NCBI GenBank assembly: GCA_965203805.1 | Contig: OZ241917.1 | Coordinates: 3,296,001 to 3,360,000 of the forward strand | Direction of reading: 5' to 3' | Source: Candidatus Latescibacterota bacterium | GTDB taxonomy: Bacteria > Latescibacterota > UBA2968 > GCA-2709665 | DNA: 64,000 bases | In this document: in pieces, positions 42,011 through 53,099 of the stretch | How the letters are laid out: the number at the start of each line of letters is the position of its first letter | How positions within the stretch are numbered: position 1 is the first letter of the stretch | Made by a program: the position numbers and the translations under genes | Notes under the pieces: generated by a model | The model's database searches: none | Told to the model about the DNA's origin: nothing | The model's input: only the letters and a program-made list of their open reading frames with translations

Positions 42011-45000
42011 CTAGCCGCCGGGCGGCGGGAACGCCGTTAGGCCGAAGGAGGCGGCGAAGGTGAGATAATCGGCGAAGTCTACGGCGCCGTCGTCGTTGAC
42101 GTCGGCCTGGGGGTTGTAGGCCGGGTCGCCCTTTTGGGTCCCGAAGGCGGCGGCGAAGGCGATGAGGTCTTCCAGGTTGACCTGGAGATCGCCGCCCTGC
42201 GACGGGAGGACGATGAGGTAGACCGGATCGCCGGCGGCGTCCGCGAACGTCACGCGGACGGAGATGTTCTCAACCGCGAACGGGGCGCCCGGCGTCACGT
42301 TGTTGTCGTCAACCGCGTCGATCCGGTAGACCAGGGAGGCGACGGCGGCGGGCAGGGCGTCGTCAGCGAAACGGGTGGCGCCCGGAGGCAGCGCGGCGAT
42401 TTCCTCGAGGCGGTCGGCGGATGCGCCTCGCATCACCCGGTAGCCCGTCACGCCATAGATGGGCAGGTTATGGCCGCGGTACGGGATGAACCCCACCACG
42501 CCGTCATCCGCGGACGCCGTCCAACGCAGCGTCACGCCGCCCGCGCCGTCGCCGGACGCGCCGGTCACCGCGGCGGGCGGGATGTTGTCGACCGCGCCGG
42601 CCGGTCCGTCGGTTTCCGTGCGCGCGGACACCCGGAGTTCGCCCGCCGCGCGGTCGGTGCGGACGTTCGCGGGAACGGGCGCGGCGGCCATTGGCGCGCT
42701 CAAGCGCGGATCCGCGGGCGCGAAGACCAGGTCCCGCCGATCGCCGATGACGGACGCGGCGAAATCCCCAGGCGCGTTGAAGCGGTCCGCCGGCTCTCCT
42801 CCCGTCAGGACCGGCGCGGGAATGCCCGGCAGCGCGAGGGCCTGAGCCGCGCTCGCCTTGGTGAAAACCCGCTTCCCGGCGGGGGCCGAATCCGCGCCCG
42901 AGACGGACCTGACGCCCCACCGGGTGGCCGCGTTGTCCAGCGCGGGGACCACGGCGCGGACCAGACCGCCGTTTGCGCCGCCCGTCCCGACGCGGCCGCC
43001 CCCAACGCCGACGGTCGCCCAGTGCATCCACGCCTTCACGGGCGCTTCGCGGTGAATTTCCCGGCCGTGCTCGTCATACCCCGCCAGCGTCGTCTCGACT
43101 TCGCGCTCGATCCGGTAGTGGATCACGGCATCGCGCCGGGCGGCATGCGGGAACCCGATCAGCACCATGCCGCCCTGGTCGCCGGACCCGTCCGCGCCTT
43201 CGTAGTCCTCGACCGTGATGGAGGCGGGCGGGTCCGGGGCGCGGTTCCCAGGCGCGAAACGCACGGTCACGCTTCCCGTAAGCGCGCCGGTCGCGGCGCT
43301 GTCGCCCGACCCCGTGACAAGCCCCTCGTGAACCGTGCGCACGGTGATCACCGCGCTGCCCGCCATCTCCGCGGCCACGGCGCCGAAGCCGGCCCCGCCG
43401 GGCGGGACCGTCTGCACGCCCGCGGGTACCGTCACCGCGGCGTGGCTGCTACCGAAGGTGACGCCCACCGACGCGTAGGTCTCCGATCCCACGGCATTGT
43501 CGATTTTCATGCTCACGTTGCCGAATGCGTCGGCGGGAAGCACGCGGACCGTAAAGGCGCCGGACACGCCGCCGTCCGGATCCGCGGCGTCCCCCGCGGA
43601 CACCACGAATTGCGAGAACTCTGCGGCCTCAACGTTCACCGCCGCGTCCAGCCGGCCGCTGATGCGAATCGAAACCGTCCCGTCCACGGGGTCGGTCAGG
43701 CCCTCCGCGGCCATCACCACGGCGTCGACCAGCGGCCTGGCGGACCTGAAGCTGACGTCGCGCCGGCCCGCGCGCCACCCGTCGCCGTCCAGAACGGCGG
43801 CGCGGGCGACCATCCCGGCGGCGGCCATCTCCGCGGGCAGCGCGAAGGACGGCGCGGGCGTCACACCGATGCCGCCGAAGCTCACGCCTTCCAGCGCGCG
43901 GGCCTGGTCGCCGGAAACGATCACGGCCAGCGCCGCGGGCGTACGATAGGTCAACGCGAAGACGCCGGCGCCCTCGGCGCGTGAGAGCGTGGTGTCCAGG
44001 ACCGACAGGCGCAGGGTGAAATCCACGCCCGCAACCACGCTGCCGCCCTGGTCCGGCGCGTTGACGATGCGGAACGCGTCGGCCTTCGGATTCAGGAAAC
44101 CCCCGGCGAACGTGAGCGCCCCGCCGCCGGTCACGCTGGCGTTGCCGGCGAGATCCACCGCCAGAATCTGCAGATCGTACCGGCTTCCTTCGTAAAAACC
44201 CGCGCTTTCCACGGGCCAGATCATCGGTTTGCCGACGGTCTCCAGCCGGCGGTTGCCCCGTCGGAAACGCTGCACGACGGCCGGGCCGCCGACGGCGAGG
44301 TCGATATAGCGGACGGACAGCGAATCCAGCGCCTCGTCGATGGCGAAGACCGGGTCCTTGCCGGCCAGGTTGATGGTGGGCTCGTCGAAGTTGTCCGGAT
44401 CCCGGGGCGCGGTGGCCGCGGTGGGGAACAGATCGGAGATCACCGGCGCTTTTTCGTCGTACCAGATGCCGGCGAGGTCCATGGCGGCCCGGTTCCCCAC
44501 GCTGTCCCAGACCTCGATCGTCAGGTCTTTCCGCACGCCGCCCGCGCGATCGTATTTCCAGGGAAGCGCAAGCGCGGCCGTGGAATCGTCGCCCGTGGGC
44601 GGCAGACCTTCGTCGACGTCAACCGTGCCGGCGTCATCGACTGCGCCGCTGCCGACGCCGTGCGCGCTGTCGCCGTGGGTGATCCTGATCGAGTCCGGGA
44701 CTTCGCTGAGACTGAACGTGAGCGGGTTCAACCTGCGGTTGGCCTGAACGTCCTCCGCCTCTCCGGGCAGGGGTCGAACTCCCGACAGCGTCTGCGTGAC
44801 GGCCGCCGAGATCCGGTTTTCCATGCGGTCCGGTCGCGGGTACACGATCGTGATCCGGGGCGGTGTCGCGTCGGCGATCCATTCCACGCCGCCGGGATCG
44901 AATGCGTCCGGAAGGCCGTACCCGGCACTGACGGGCGACGGCGCGGGGGCGCCCATCGAGGCGCCGCCCAGGTTGCCGGCGGCATCCACGAGAAACGCTT

Positions 45001-45901
45001 CGACCCTGACCCGCCGGTTATCGCCGAAATCGCCCGCTTCGACCTTCGCCGACGCCCGCACGTTCGCGTTGTACAACCGCTCTCCGACAATCGCGAAGGT
45101 GACCGGCGCCGAGGAAAACGCCGAGTCCGCGTCCACGACCCCCGCCCGGATGCGGTCCGCCCCCGCACGCAGCACGCCGGCCGTGTTCAGACCGATCCGG
45201 ATGGTGATTCTGTCGCCGCGTTTGAACCTGACGCGCTCGATCGCCCCCGCCGGCGTGGCGTCGAATCCGAGGCCTTCCGTTTCAACGGCGAAGGATTCGA
45301 ACGCGTCGGCGTGCACGGGACGGTTGGCGTCGATGCCGAACCGCACCCCGTCGCCCACCCGGTTGGCGCCGAAGCCCGTGGACGCCGGGGTGATCTTCGT
45401 CTTCGTCATCAGGTTGTTCAGCTCGTTGCCGGCCACGTCCGCGTCGAGGTCCACCACCACTTTCACCGCGCGGCTGTCCGTCGACGCAAAGGGGTCGGCG
45501 CGCGGGGAGACGGTTATGGAGACCCGGAACGTGTCGACGCCCGATGCCTCGCCGTCGCCAAACGCGACACCGTCCGGTAGATGACCCGGACCGGGTACAT
45601 ATATATTGTAATAGACAAATCCACGCGTGGCGGCGGTCCCGCCGGCCGTAGCGCCCACGTCCCTGTCGCGCACGGTTGCATCGACGACCGACACGCGGAA
45701 CCCTCGATCCAGGAGGCCGCCGTACGTCAGGATGCGGATGTCGATCCCGCCGTCGATCTTCACCCAGGCATTGGCGGCCGGCCGGTCCACGCGAATCATG
45801 ATCCCCGGCGTCTCCGCGACGTCCTGCGCCCGCGACGCCCCCGCGACACCCGGAACCAGCAAGAACGCCAGAACCGGGACTGAAGATATCCGCAACCGCA
45901 T
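42011..45901 (-). CDS. Large secreted protein, paralog of 33366-38354, ending at the dockerin-like domain
   Basis: Shared blocks KITPA..GFGA.RVGDGV.FG, ILA.DLAGNASVT, GDQGG, DVNDDGAVDFAD; signal peptide. Confidence 0.85.
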   Translation of the reverse strand: MRLRISSVPVLAFLLVPGVAGASRAQDVAETPGIMIRVDRPAANAWVKIDGGIDIRILTYGGLLDRGFRVSVVDATVRDRDVGATAGGTAATRGFVYYNIYVPGPGHLPDGVAFGDGEASGVDTFRVSITVSPRADPFASTDSRAVKVVVDLDADVAGNELNNLMTKTKITPASTGFGANRVGDGVRFGIDANRPVHADAFESFAVETEGLGFDATPAGAIERVRFKRGDRITIRIGLNTAGVLRAGADRIRAGVVDADSAFSSAPVTFAIVGERLYNANVRASAKVEAGDFGDNRRVRVEAFLVDAAGNLGGASMGAPAPSPVSAGYGLPDAFDPGGVEWIADATPPRITIVYPRPDRMENRISAAVTQTLSGVRPLPGEAEDVQANRRLNPLTFSLSEVPDSIRITHGDSAHGVGSGAVDDAGTVDVDEGLPPTGDDSTAALALPWKYDRAGGVRKDLTIEVWDSVGNRAAMDLAGIWYDEKAPVISDLFPTAATAPRDPDNFDEPTINLAGKDPVFAIDEALDSLSVRYIDLAVGGPAVVQRFRRGNRRLETVGKPMIWPVESAGFYEGSRYDLQILAVDLAGNASVTGGGALTFAGGFLNPKADAFRIVNAPDQGGSVVAGVDFTLRLSVLDTTLSRAEGAGVFALTYRTPAALAVIVSGDQARALEGVSFGGIGVTPAPSFALPAEMAAAGMVARAAVLDGDGWRAGRRDVSFRSARPLVDAVVMAAEGLTDPVDGTVSIRISGRLDAAVNVEAAEFSQFVVSAGDAADPDGGVSGAFTVRVLPADAFGNVSMKIDNAVGSETYASVGVTFGSSHAAVTVPAGVQTVPPGGAGFGAVAAEMAGSAVITVRTVHEGLVTGSGDSAATGALTGSVTVRFAPGNRAPDPPASITVEDYEGADGSGDQGGMVLIGFPHAARRDAVIHYRIEREVETTLAGYDEHGREIHREAPVKAWMHWATVGVGGGRVGTGGANGGLVRAVVPALDNAATRWGVRSVSGADSAPAGKRVFTKASAAQALALPGIPAPVLTGGEPADRFNAPGDFAASVIGDRRDLVFAPADPRLSAPMAAAPVPANVRTDRAAGELRVSARTETDGPAGAVDNIPPAAVTGASGDGAGGVTLRWTASADDGVVGFIPYRGHNLPIYGVTGYRVMRGASADRLEEIAALPPGATRFADDALPAAVASLVYRIDAVDDNNVTPGAPFAVENISVRVTFADAAGDPVYLIVLPSQGGDLQVNLEDLIAFAAAFGTQKGDPAYNPQADVNDDGAVDFADYLTFAASFGLTAFPPPGG

Positions 45902-46469
45902 AGCCGGCCTCCCTTTGGGTCACCACGCGCCGATTCATCCCGGCGGGCAGGGCGGCAAAATCCATGCCATCGGGAGGCCGAAGGCGTCACGCGGCATCGA
46001 CGGCGGGCTCGCCATTGCGAATTCGGAGGACCGGTCGACGGACCGGGTTGGCGCGAGGGATGCGGAAACGGTTGAAGAAACGGCGCGGGAAGGCGTTCAG
46101 GCGCGGATTACGGAAAGAAGCGCCGCGGGAGGCACGGACGGCGGTTCAGGCGATCGAGGGATCCGAGGCGAGAGGCGCCGGTCGGGGAACCGAGCGGAGG
46201 GATTGAAGATATCTTTCACGTGGGTGAAAGAAGCTTTCAGCGGTCAGAGAACAGCTTTCAGCGGTCAGCAGTCAGCAGTCAGCAGTCAGCAATCAGCAAT
46301 CAGCCTAAAGCAAGATCAAAAACAAGAATCAAAGTCAACTCACACAAAGACACGAAGGCACGAAGAAAACCAAACCAGCCAGGAACGAACCACCCCCAGC
46401 CCCGCAGACCTCTCCCCCCTGCCTGCCGAAAAACCACCGCCAGGCAGGGACCCTCTCCTGTGAGGAGAG

Positions 46470-47585
46470 GGGAGAAAAGACAGGCGTCGCGTGCCGGTCA
46501 TCTATAGATACTCTGATAGACAGGAATTCGCCAGCCGGCACGTTTGCATGCCCGGTCCATCGACCCATCGCCGTTCCCCCTTCCTCACAGGAAGGGGGGC
46601 CAGGGGGTAGGTCGGCGGGGAGGAGAGAGGGAGTAAAGACAGGCGTCGCGTGCCGGTCATCTATAGATACTCTGATAGACAGGAATTCGCCAGCCGGCAC
46701 ACTTGCATGCCCGGTCCATCGACCCATCGCCGTTCCCCCTTCCTCACAGGAAGGGGGCTAGGGGGTAGGTCGGCGGGGAGGAGAGGGGGAGAAAAGACAG
46801 GCGTCGCGTGCCGGTCATCTATAGATACTCTGATAGACAGGAATTCGCCAGCCGGCACACTTGCATGCCCGGTCCATCGACCCATCACCGTTCCCCCTTC
46901 CTCACAGGAAGGGGGATAGGGGGTAGGTCGGCGGAGGCGGTGAGGGGGAGTAAAGACAGGCGTCGCGGGCCGGTCATCTATAGATACTCTGATAGACAGG
47001 AATTCGCCACCCGGCACGTCTGCATGCCCAGGACATCGACCCATCGCCGTTCCCCCTTCCTCACAGGAAGGGGGATAGGGGGTAGGTCGGCGGAGGCGGT
47101 GAGGGGGAGTAAAGACAGGCTTCGCGGGCCGGTCATCTATAGATACTCTGATAGACAGGAATTCGCCACCCGGCACGTTTGCATGCCCGGTCCATCGACC
47201 CGTCACCGTTCCCCCTTCCTCGCAGGAAGGGGGCCAGGGGGTAGGTCGGCGGAGGCGGTGAGGGGGAGTAAAGACAGGCGTCGCGGGCCGGTCATCTATA
47301 GATACTCTGATAGACAGGAATTCGCCACCCGGCACGTCTGCATGCCCAGGACATCGACCCATCGCCGTTCCCCCTTCCTCACAGGAAGGGGGATAGGGGG
47401 TAGGTCGGCGGGGGGGAGAGGGGGAGTAAAGACAGGCTTCGCGGGCCGGTCATCTATAGATACTCTGATAGACAGGAATTCGCCACCCGGCACGTTTGCA
47501 TGCCCGGTCCATCGACCCGTCACCGTTCCCCCTTCCTCGCAGGAAGGGGGCCAGGGGGTAGGTCGGCGGGGAGGAGAGGGGAGAA
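46470..47585 (-). repeat. Tandem array of seven 158-159 bp units (REP-like hairpin plus module B)
   Basis: TCTATAGATA anchors at 46501, 46660, 46818, 46977, 47136, 47295, 47453. Confidence 0.97.
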
Positions 47586-47587
47586 AT

Positions 47588-47980
47588 CTATACGTTGCAT
47601 TGAAGCCATTCCATATAAGCTCTGATTGTTTCGAGTACGCCATCGAGATTCGTGCAGATCTCGGCATTTGAGATGCGTATGACCTGTAATCCACGCGCTT
47701 TGAGAATGGCATCCCGTTCTGCGTCATAAGCTACCTGATTCTGGTGAACTTCGCCATCGACTTCAATCACTAATCCGACCGAATGACAGTAGAAGTCCAC
47801 GATAAAGCCATCGATAATCTGTTGCCGTCTAAAGCGAAAGCCATCAAGCCGTTTCGCACGCAGGCGCTGCCAAAGCCGTTTTTCTTCGTCTGTCATCTGT
47901 GATCTCAATTTGCGCGCCAACTTCACTTTCTCGCGCGCGACAGGCTGACCGATCACAATTTTTCGCAAGGGCTTTTTCAT
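47588..47980 (-). CDS. DUF559 (Vsr-like) endonuclease, paralog of 40187
   Basis: LRSQMTDEEKRLWQRLR, FRRQQIIDGFIVDFYCHSVGLVIEVDG. Confidence 0.93.
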   Translation of the reverse strand: MKKPLRKIVIGQPVAREKVKLARKLRSQMTDEEKRLWQRLRAKRLDGFRFRRQQIIDGFIVDFYCHSVGLVIEVDGEVHQNQVAYDAERDAILKARGLQVIRISNAEICTNLDGVLETIRAYMEWLQCNV

Positions 47981-48308
47981 CAGAAACCTCTCCCTCCTGC
48001 CGCGCAGACCTCTCCCCCCGGCCTGCCGAAAAACCACCGCCAGGCAGGGACCCTCTCCTGTGAGGAGAGGGGAGAAAAGACTGGCGTCGCGTGCCGGTCA
48101 TCTATAGATACTCTGATAGACAGGAATTCGCCAGCCGGCACGTTTGCATGCCCAGGACATCGACCCATCGCCGTTCCCCCTTCCTCACAGGAAGGGGGCC
48201 AGGGGGTAGGTCGGCGGGGTGGTGTGGCGGTTTGGTCACTGCAAAAATCGCGCCGCTCACCAGCAGCGTCGGACGCAAGGACGATGCGTGGGGGCCTCTA
48301 CCCGCAAC

Positions 48309-48347
48309 AAAAAAACGATGGGCATGCCTGTGGCAAAACCCATCGTT
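48309..48347 (-). terminator. Intrinsic terminator downstream of rplI
   Basis: AACGATGGG...CCCATCGTT followed by a T run on the minus strand. Confidence 0.65.
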
Positions 48348-48411
48348 CTCTCTTGCATGTTTTTCCCGTTCTTCCTTCTTCCTTCTTCCTTTTTCCTTGA
48401 CCGCTTCTTGT

Positions 48412-48855
48412 TTATTCCTTAACCACCCACACCTTGACGGTTGCGCGGACTTCGGCGTGGAGGCGGATGGTGACGTCGTAGACCCCGAGCGCGCGGATGG
48501 GTTCGTCGAGTTCGACCCAGCGGCGGTCGATTTCGAAACCCTGTTCGACGAGGTGTTCGGAAATGTGCTGCCCCGTGACGGAGCCGAAGATCTGGTCTTC
48601 CTTGCCCACGGCGACCGGAATCGTGCAGGATGCCTTCTCGACCTTTTTCGAGAGGGCCACGGCCTCGCGCTGGGCGCGGGTGTTCCGGGCTTCCTTCTGG
48701 CGCTTGAGTTCCTCGTAGACCCTCATGTTCCCCTTGCTGGCCACCAGGGCCAGATTCCGGGGGATGAGGTAATTCCTGGCGTACCCGTCCTTGACGTCAA
48801 CAACGGTTCCAGCCTGGCCCAGGTTGTCGAGACCTTCGGTTAGGATGACCTTCAT
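48412..48855 (-). CDS. rplI: 50S ribosomal protein L9
   Basis: MKVIL..LG..G.VVDVKDGYARNYLIP, IFGSVT. Confidence 0.97.
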   Translation of the reverse strand: MKVILTEGLDNLGQAGTVVDVKDGYARNYLIPRNLALVASKGNMRVYEELKRQKEARNTRAQREAVALSKKVEKASCTIPVAVGKEDQIFGSVTGQHISEHLVEQGFEIDRRWVELDEPIRALGVYDVTIRLHAEVRATVKVWVVKE

Positions 48856-48909
48856 GGGGTTCCCTTTCGTTGGGCGCGATGGCCAAATGGCGTTATACAT
48901 TAATATATA

Positions 48910-49665
48910 GAGAACAGCTTTCAGCGGTCAGCTCTCAGCAGTCAGCTAAGATCAAAGACGAAAACCAGCTCACACAAAGACACGAAGACACAAAGAAAAG
49001 CAAACCAGCCAGGAACGAACCACCCCCAGCCCCGCAGACCTCTCCCCCCGGCCACCTCTCCTGTGAGGAGAGGGGGAGGAAAAGCAGGCATCGCGTGCCG
49101 GTCATCTATAGACATTCTGATAGACAGGAATTCGCCAGCCGGCACGTCTGCATGCCCGGTCCATCGACCCGTCACCGTTCCCCCTTCCTCACAGGAAGGG
49201 GGCTAGGGGGTAGGTCTGAAAAGCGGTGAGACGGGAGACGTGAGACGTGAGATGACAACCTGCGTCAACGGGACGACGATATGGCCGGGCGAGACCTCCT
49301 CCCTGATGCGCAGACCTCTCCCCCCTGCCTGCCGAAAAACCACCGCCAGGCAGGGACCCTCTCCTATAAGGAAAGGGTAACGAACGCCTCGCGATAGGAT
49401 CCCGCTATCCCCCTTCCTCACAGGAAGGGGGATAGGGGGTAGGTCTGAAAGGCGGGGAGACGGGAGACGTGAGATACCGTGAGTGCCCTACGGTTTTTCT
49501 TGTCGTTACCATATCGGTAAAGAAACAGGCACGGTTAGCGTGAAAACACTGTGGTAATGTCATCCTCTCCCGTCTACCCTCTACCCTCTACCGTCTCACC
49601 GCCTTCAGGTTTTCATTCTTAATTCTTCATTCTTAATTCTTAATTTTCCTTCTCCCGTCTCCCCG
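48910..49665 (-). repeat. Mosaic repeat cassette between rpsR and rplI
   Basis: Modules E, C, D, B, F in minus orientation. Confidence 0.95.
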
Positions 49666-49668
49666 CTC

Positions 49669-49893
49669 TTACGACATACTATCTGTCGCAAAAGGCAACA
49701 GCGCGATCTGGCGGGCGCGCTTGAGGTGCCGGGTGACGTTGCGCTGGTGCCTGGCGCAGGTCCCGGAAACGCGCCGGGGGATGATCTTTCCCCGGTCCGT
49801 GACGAACCTCTGCATCAGCCGCACGTCCTTATAGTCGATGATCAACGCCTTGTCTTCGCAGAACCTGCATACCTTCACGCTGGACCGGTTCAT
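49669..49893 (-). CDS. rpsR: 30S ribosomal protein S18
   Basis: [39 protein letters not shown]. Confidence 0.98.
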   Translation of the reverse strand: MNRSSVKVCRFCEDKALIIDYKDVRLMQRFVTDRGKIIPRRVSGTCARHQRNVTRHLKRARQIALLPFATDSMS

Positions 49894-50282
49894 TCACCCT
49901 CCTCGTTGTCGTCGCCTGCCTCGGCATTTTCCTGCGCGTCCTCTCCGCCCGCATTCGCTTCCGCCTCGTCCGCTTCCGGTTCTTCCTCCACCGGACTGTC
50001 ATCCACGACGACCATGTGCCGCAGCACGGATTCGTCCAGCTTGAACATCCGGTCCACTTCGGGCAGGACCTCCGTCGGCGCCTCGAAGCGGATGATCGTA
50101 TAGTCGCCGCGCTGCTGCCTGCCGATGTCGTAGGCCAGCTTGCGCGCGCCCCAGCGGTCGACCTCCACCGAGCGGCCGCCGCCTTCGGAAACGAGGCGAT
50201 CGAAACGCGCGACGATGTCGTCCACCGCGTTATCGGGCGCCTGCGTGTTGACGATGAGTGCGAGTTCGTAACGATTCGACAT
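49890..50282 (-). CDS. rpsF: 30S ribosomal protein S6 with acidic tail
   Basis: RYE..IV, WG.RKLAY.I, ESVLRHM; GGAGG RBS. Confidence 0.95.
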   Translation of the reverse strand: MSNRYELALIVNTQAPDNAVDDIVARFDRLVSEGGGRSVEVDRWGARKLAYDIGRQQRGDYTIIRFEAPTEVLPEVDRMFKLDESVLRHMVVVDDSPVEEEPEADEAEANAGGEDAQENAEAGDDNEEGE

Positions 50283-50344
50283 GGAACCTCCCCCTGGACT
50301 GGTGGCCCGCGAACCGCCCGACCGGGCGGTCACGAGCGGGAAAG

Positions 50345-50990
50345 AAAGACAGCAATCAGCTCTCAGCAATCAGCAGTCAGCTAAGATCAAAGACGAAAAC
50401 CAGCTCACACGAAGACACGAAGACACAAAGAAAAGCAAACCAGAAACCAGCAGTCAGCAAAGAGCGAACCACACCCAGCCCCGCAGACCTCTCCCCCCGG
50501 CTCCCTCTCCCGGGGGGAGAGGGGGAGGAAAGACAGGCATCGCGTGCCGGTCATCTATAGATACTCTGATTGACAGGAAATCGCCAGCCGGCACGGTTGT
50601 ATGCCCAGTACATGCTCCCATCGCCGTTCCCCCTTCCTCACAGGAAGGGGGGTTAGGGGGTAGGTCGGTAGGGGTATGGGGGTTCGCAAGCGCTTAGTCG
50701 TTATGACGGAAAATGCTTTGAATATCGTATAGTCCAGTCATGCGTACGGTTGTGGAGTGGGGGGTTTTTCCGTGCTACTCCGTCCAGCAACATCGCTTTG
50801 GATGTGCTGGCTCGGTGACAGGGCAACCAATTTCCATTTCCGCCACTGAGGTGGTTCACGGAAAAACCGGCCCCGCGCCGAGCGGCCTGCCTGCGCCGAA
50901 GCCTGCTCGGCAGGCAGGCGCCGTTCTTTTTGGCCCTTTTTCTTGGGCGTACAAGAAAAAGGGCGTAAAAATATAAAAAATAATAATTTA
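50345..50990 (-). repeat. Mosaic repeat cassette with a divergent module A
   Basis: Modules F and B plus a divergent A at about 50690-50965. Confidence 0.9.
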
Positions 50991-51068
50991 AATTGAAATT
51001 ACGGGCAATTCAAAGGCGAAATCCATCATCCCCCTTGACCCATATGTCTTTCGTTTCCCCTGGCAATG

Positions 51069-53081
51069 TCAATCAATCAACAGTGGCGCCAAAACCAGCG
51101 AAACGACCGACATGAGCTTGATCAATATGTTCAGCGAGGGTCCGGAGGTGTCCTTCAGCGGATCGCCCACGGTGTCGCCAACGACCGCGGCCTTGTGCGC
51201 ATCGGACCCCTTCCCGCCGAAGTGCCCTTCCTCGATATGCTTCTTGCCGTTGTCCAGCACGCCGCCGCTGTTGGCCATCATCAGCGCCATGAGCATGCCG
51301 CTCAACAGGGCGCCGGCGAGCATGCCGCCGAGCGCTTCCTTGCCGAGGATGAACCCGACCAGCACGGGCGTGAGCACGGCGACCACCCCGGGTGGCACCA
51401 TTTCCCGCAGCGCCGCAACCGTGCTGATATCCACGCAGCGCCGGGTATCGGGCTTGCCGGTGCCTTCCATCAGTCCGGGAATCTCCCGGAACTGCCGGCG
51501 GACCTCTTCCACCATCCTGAAGGCCGCCCGGCCAACCGACGTCATCGTCTGCGCGGCCACGAGGAAGGGGATGGACCCGCCGATGAACAGGCCGATCACC
51601 ACCATCGGCGAGGTCAGGTTGATCACCTCCAGCTTCACGGTCGACGCGTATGCCGAGAACAGGGCCAGGGCCGTGAGCGCGGCCGAACCGATGGCAAAGC
51701 CTTTGCCGATGGCCGCCGTGGTGTTGCCCAGCGCGTCCAGACCGTCCGTAATCTTCCTCGTCTCCGGTCCGAGTTCCGCCATTTCTGAAATGCCGCCCGC
51801 GTTGTCGGCGATGGGCCCGTACGCGTCCACCGCCATCGTGACACCCACGGTTGCCAGCATCCCCACGGCCGCGATGCCGATGCCGTAGAGCCCGGCGAAG
51901 TGATAGGCGAACCCGATGGCGGCGCAGATGCACAGCACGGGAAGGAAGGTGCTCTGCATGCCGATCGCCAGGCCCGAAATGATATTGGTGGCGGGCCCGG
52001 TCTCCGAGGACCTGGCCACCCTGCTCACCGGCGCGCCGCCGGTGTAGTATTCGGTAAGGAGGCCGATCAGAATGCCGGTGATGCCGCCCAGCAGGATCGC
52101 CCAGAATACGCCTTCGGAAAGCCCCAGGCCGTCAACCGCGAAATAGCTCCCGGCGAACATGATCCCGGCGGCCACGAATGAAGCGTAACGCAGAGCGGCC
52201 GCGGGGCTGAAACGCTGCAGGACGGGCATGGCGAGCACGCCGATGAGCGACGCGACGAGGCCGATGGTGGCCACGAAGAGCGGCAACTGCATGGCCGCCA
52301 GTTTCACGTCGGCGTCCGCGTACACGGAGCTGCCGGCCAGCGTGGCGATCAGCGCGGACCCGGCCGTGGCCGCGATGGCGATGGTGGCCACGATGGAGCC
52401 CACGTAGGACTCGAAGATATCGGCGCCCATGCCGGCCACGTCGCCCACGTTGTCGCCCACGAAATCGGCGAGCGCCGCGGGGTTGCGCGGGTCGTCCTCG
52501 GGAATGCCGGCTTCGACCTTGCCGACCAGATCGGCGCCCACGTCGGCGGTCTTGGTATAGATCCCGCCGCCCACGCGCGCGAACAGGGCGATGGAACTGG
52601 CGCCCATGGCGAACCCGTTGATGATCACCGCCTGGTCCGCGTTACCGTACAGGAGAAAGAGCGTGCCCACCCCCAGCAGGCCCAGGCTGGCAACCGAAAG
52701 CCCCATGACCGTGCCGCCGGAAAAAGCGACGCTCAGCGCCGTCGCCTCGCCCTCCTGGTTGGCGGCGTACGCGGTGCGCACGTTGGCCTTGGTGGCCGCC
52801 TTCATCCCGAAAAAACCGGCGCCGATCGAACAGACCGCGCCGGCCAGAAAGGCAAAGGCCGTGCTGAACGGCCGGATGCCGATCGAAAGCAGGATGAATA
52901 CCGCAACGATGAAAATCCCCAGCACCAGGTATTCGCGTTTCAAAAACGCCATGGCGCCTTCATGGATGGCGTCCGAAATCTCCCGCATCCGTTCCGTACC
53001 GGCCGGTTTACGGGTGATCCGGAAATAGACCAGCCCGGCGACGAGCAACCCGGCGATCCCGAATATTGGCGTCCAGAACAT
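51069..53081 (-). CDS. hppA: Membrane cation-translocating pyrophosphatase, K+-dependent type
   Basis: [38 protein letters not shown]; GNTTAA (Ala rather than Lys) indicates K+ dependence. Confidence 0.95.
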   Translation of the reverse strand: MFWTPIFGIAGLLVAGLVYFRITRKPAGTERMREISDAIHEGAMAFLKREYLVLGIFIVAVFILLSIGIRPFSTAFAFLAGAVCSIGAGFFGMKAATKANVRTAYAANQEGEATALSVAFSGGTVMGLSVASLGLLGVGTLFLLYGNADQAVIINGFAMGASSIALFARVGGGIYTKTADVGADLVGKVEAGIPEDDPRNPAALADFVGDNVGDVAGMGADIFESYVGSIVATIAIAATAGSALIATLAGSSVYADADVKLAAMQLPLFVATIGLVASLIGVLAMPVLQRFSPAAALRYASFVAAGIMFAGSYFAVDGLGLSEGVFWAILLGGITGILIGLLTEYYTGGAPVSRVARSSETGPATNIISGLAIGMQSTFLPVLCICAAIGFAYHFAGLYGIGIAAVGMLATVGVTMAVDAYGPIADNAGGISEMAELGPETRKITDGLDALGNTTAAIGKGFAIGSAALTALALFSAYASTVKLEVINLTSPMVVIGLFIGGSIPFLVAAQTMTSVGRAAFRMVEEVRRQFREIPGLMEGTGKPDTRRCVDISTVAALREMVPPGVVAVLTPVLVGFILGKEALGGMLAGALLSGMLMALMMANSGGVLDNGKKHIEEGHFGGKGSDAHKAAVVGDTVGDPLKDTSGPSLNILIKLMSVVSLVLAPLLID

Positions 53082-53099
53082 AGGCAAACCTCCCGAAAA

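Noticed and set aside
33366-45901. Diversity-generating retroelement between the paralogs or repeats
   Set aside because: No reverse transcriptase in the window, and differences are not restricted to adenines
46470-47585. CRISPR array
   Set aside because: Units are near-identical over their whole 159 bp, there are no unique spacers, and no cas genes are present
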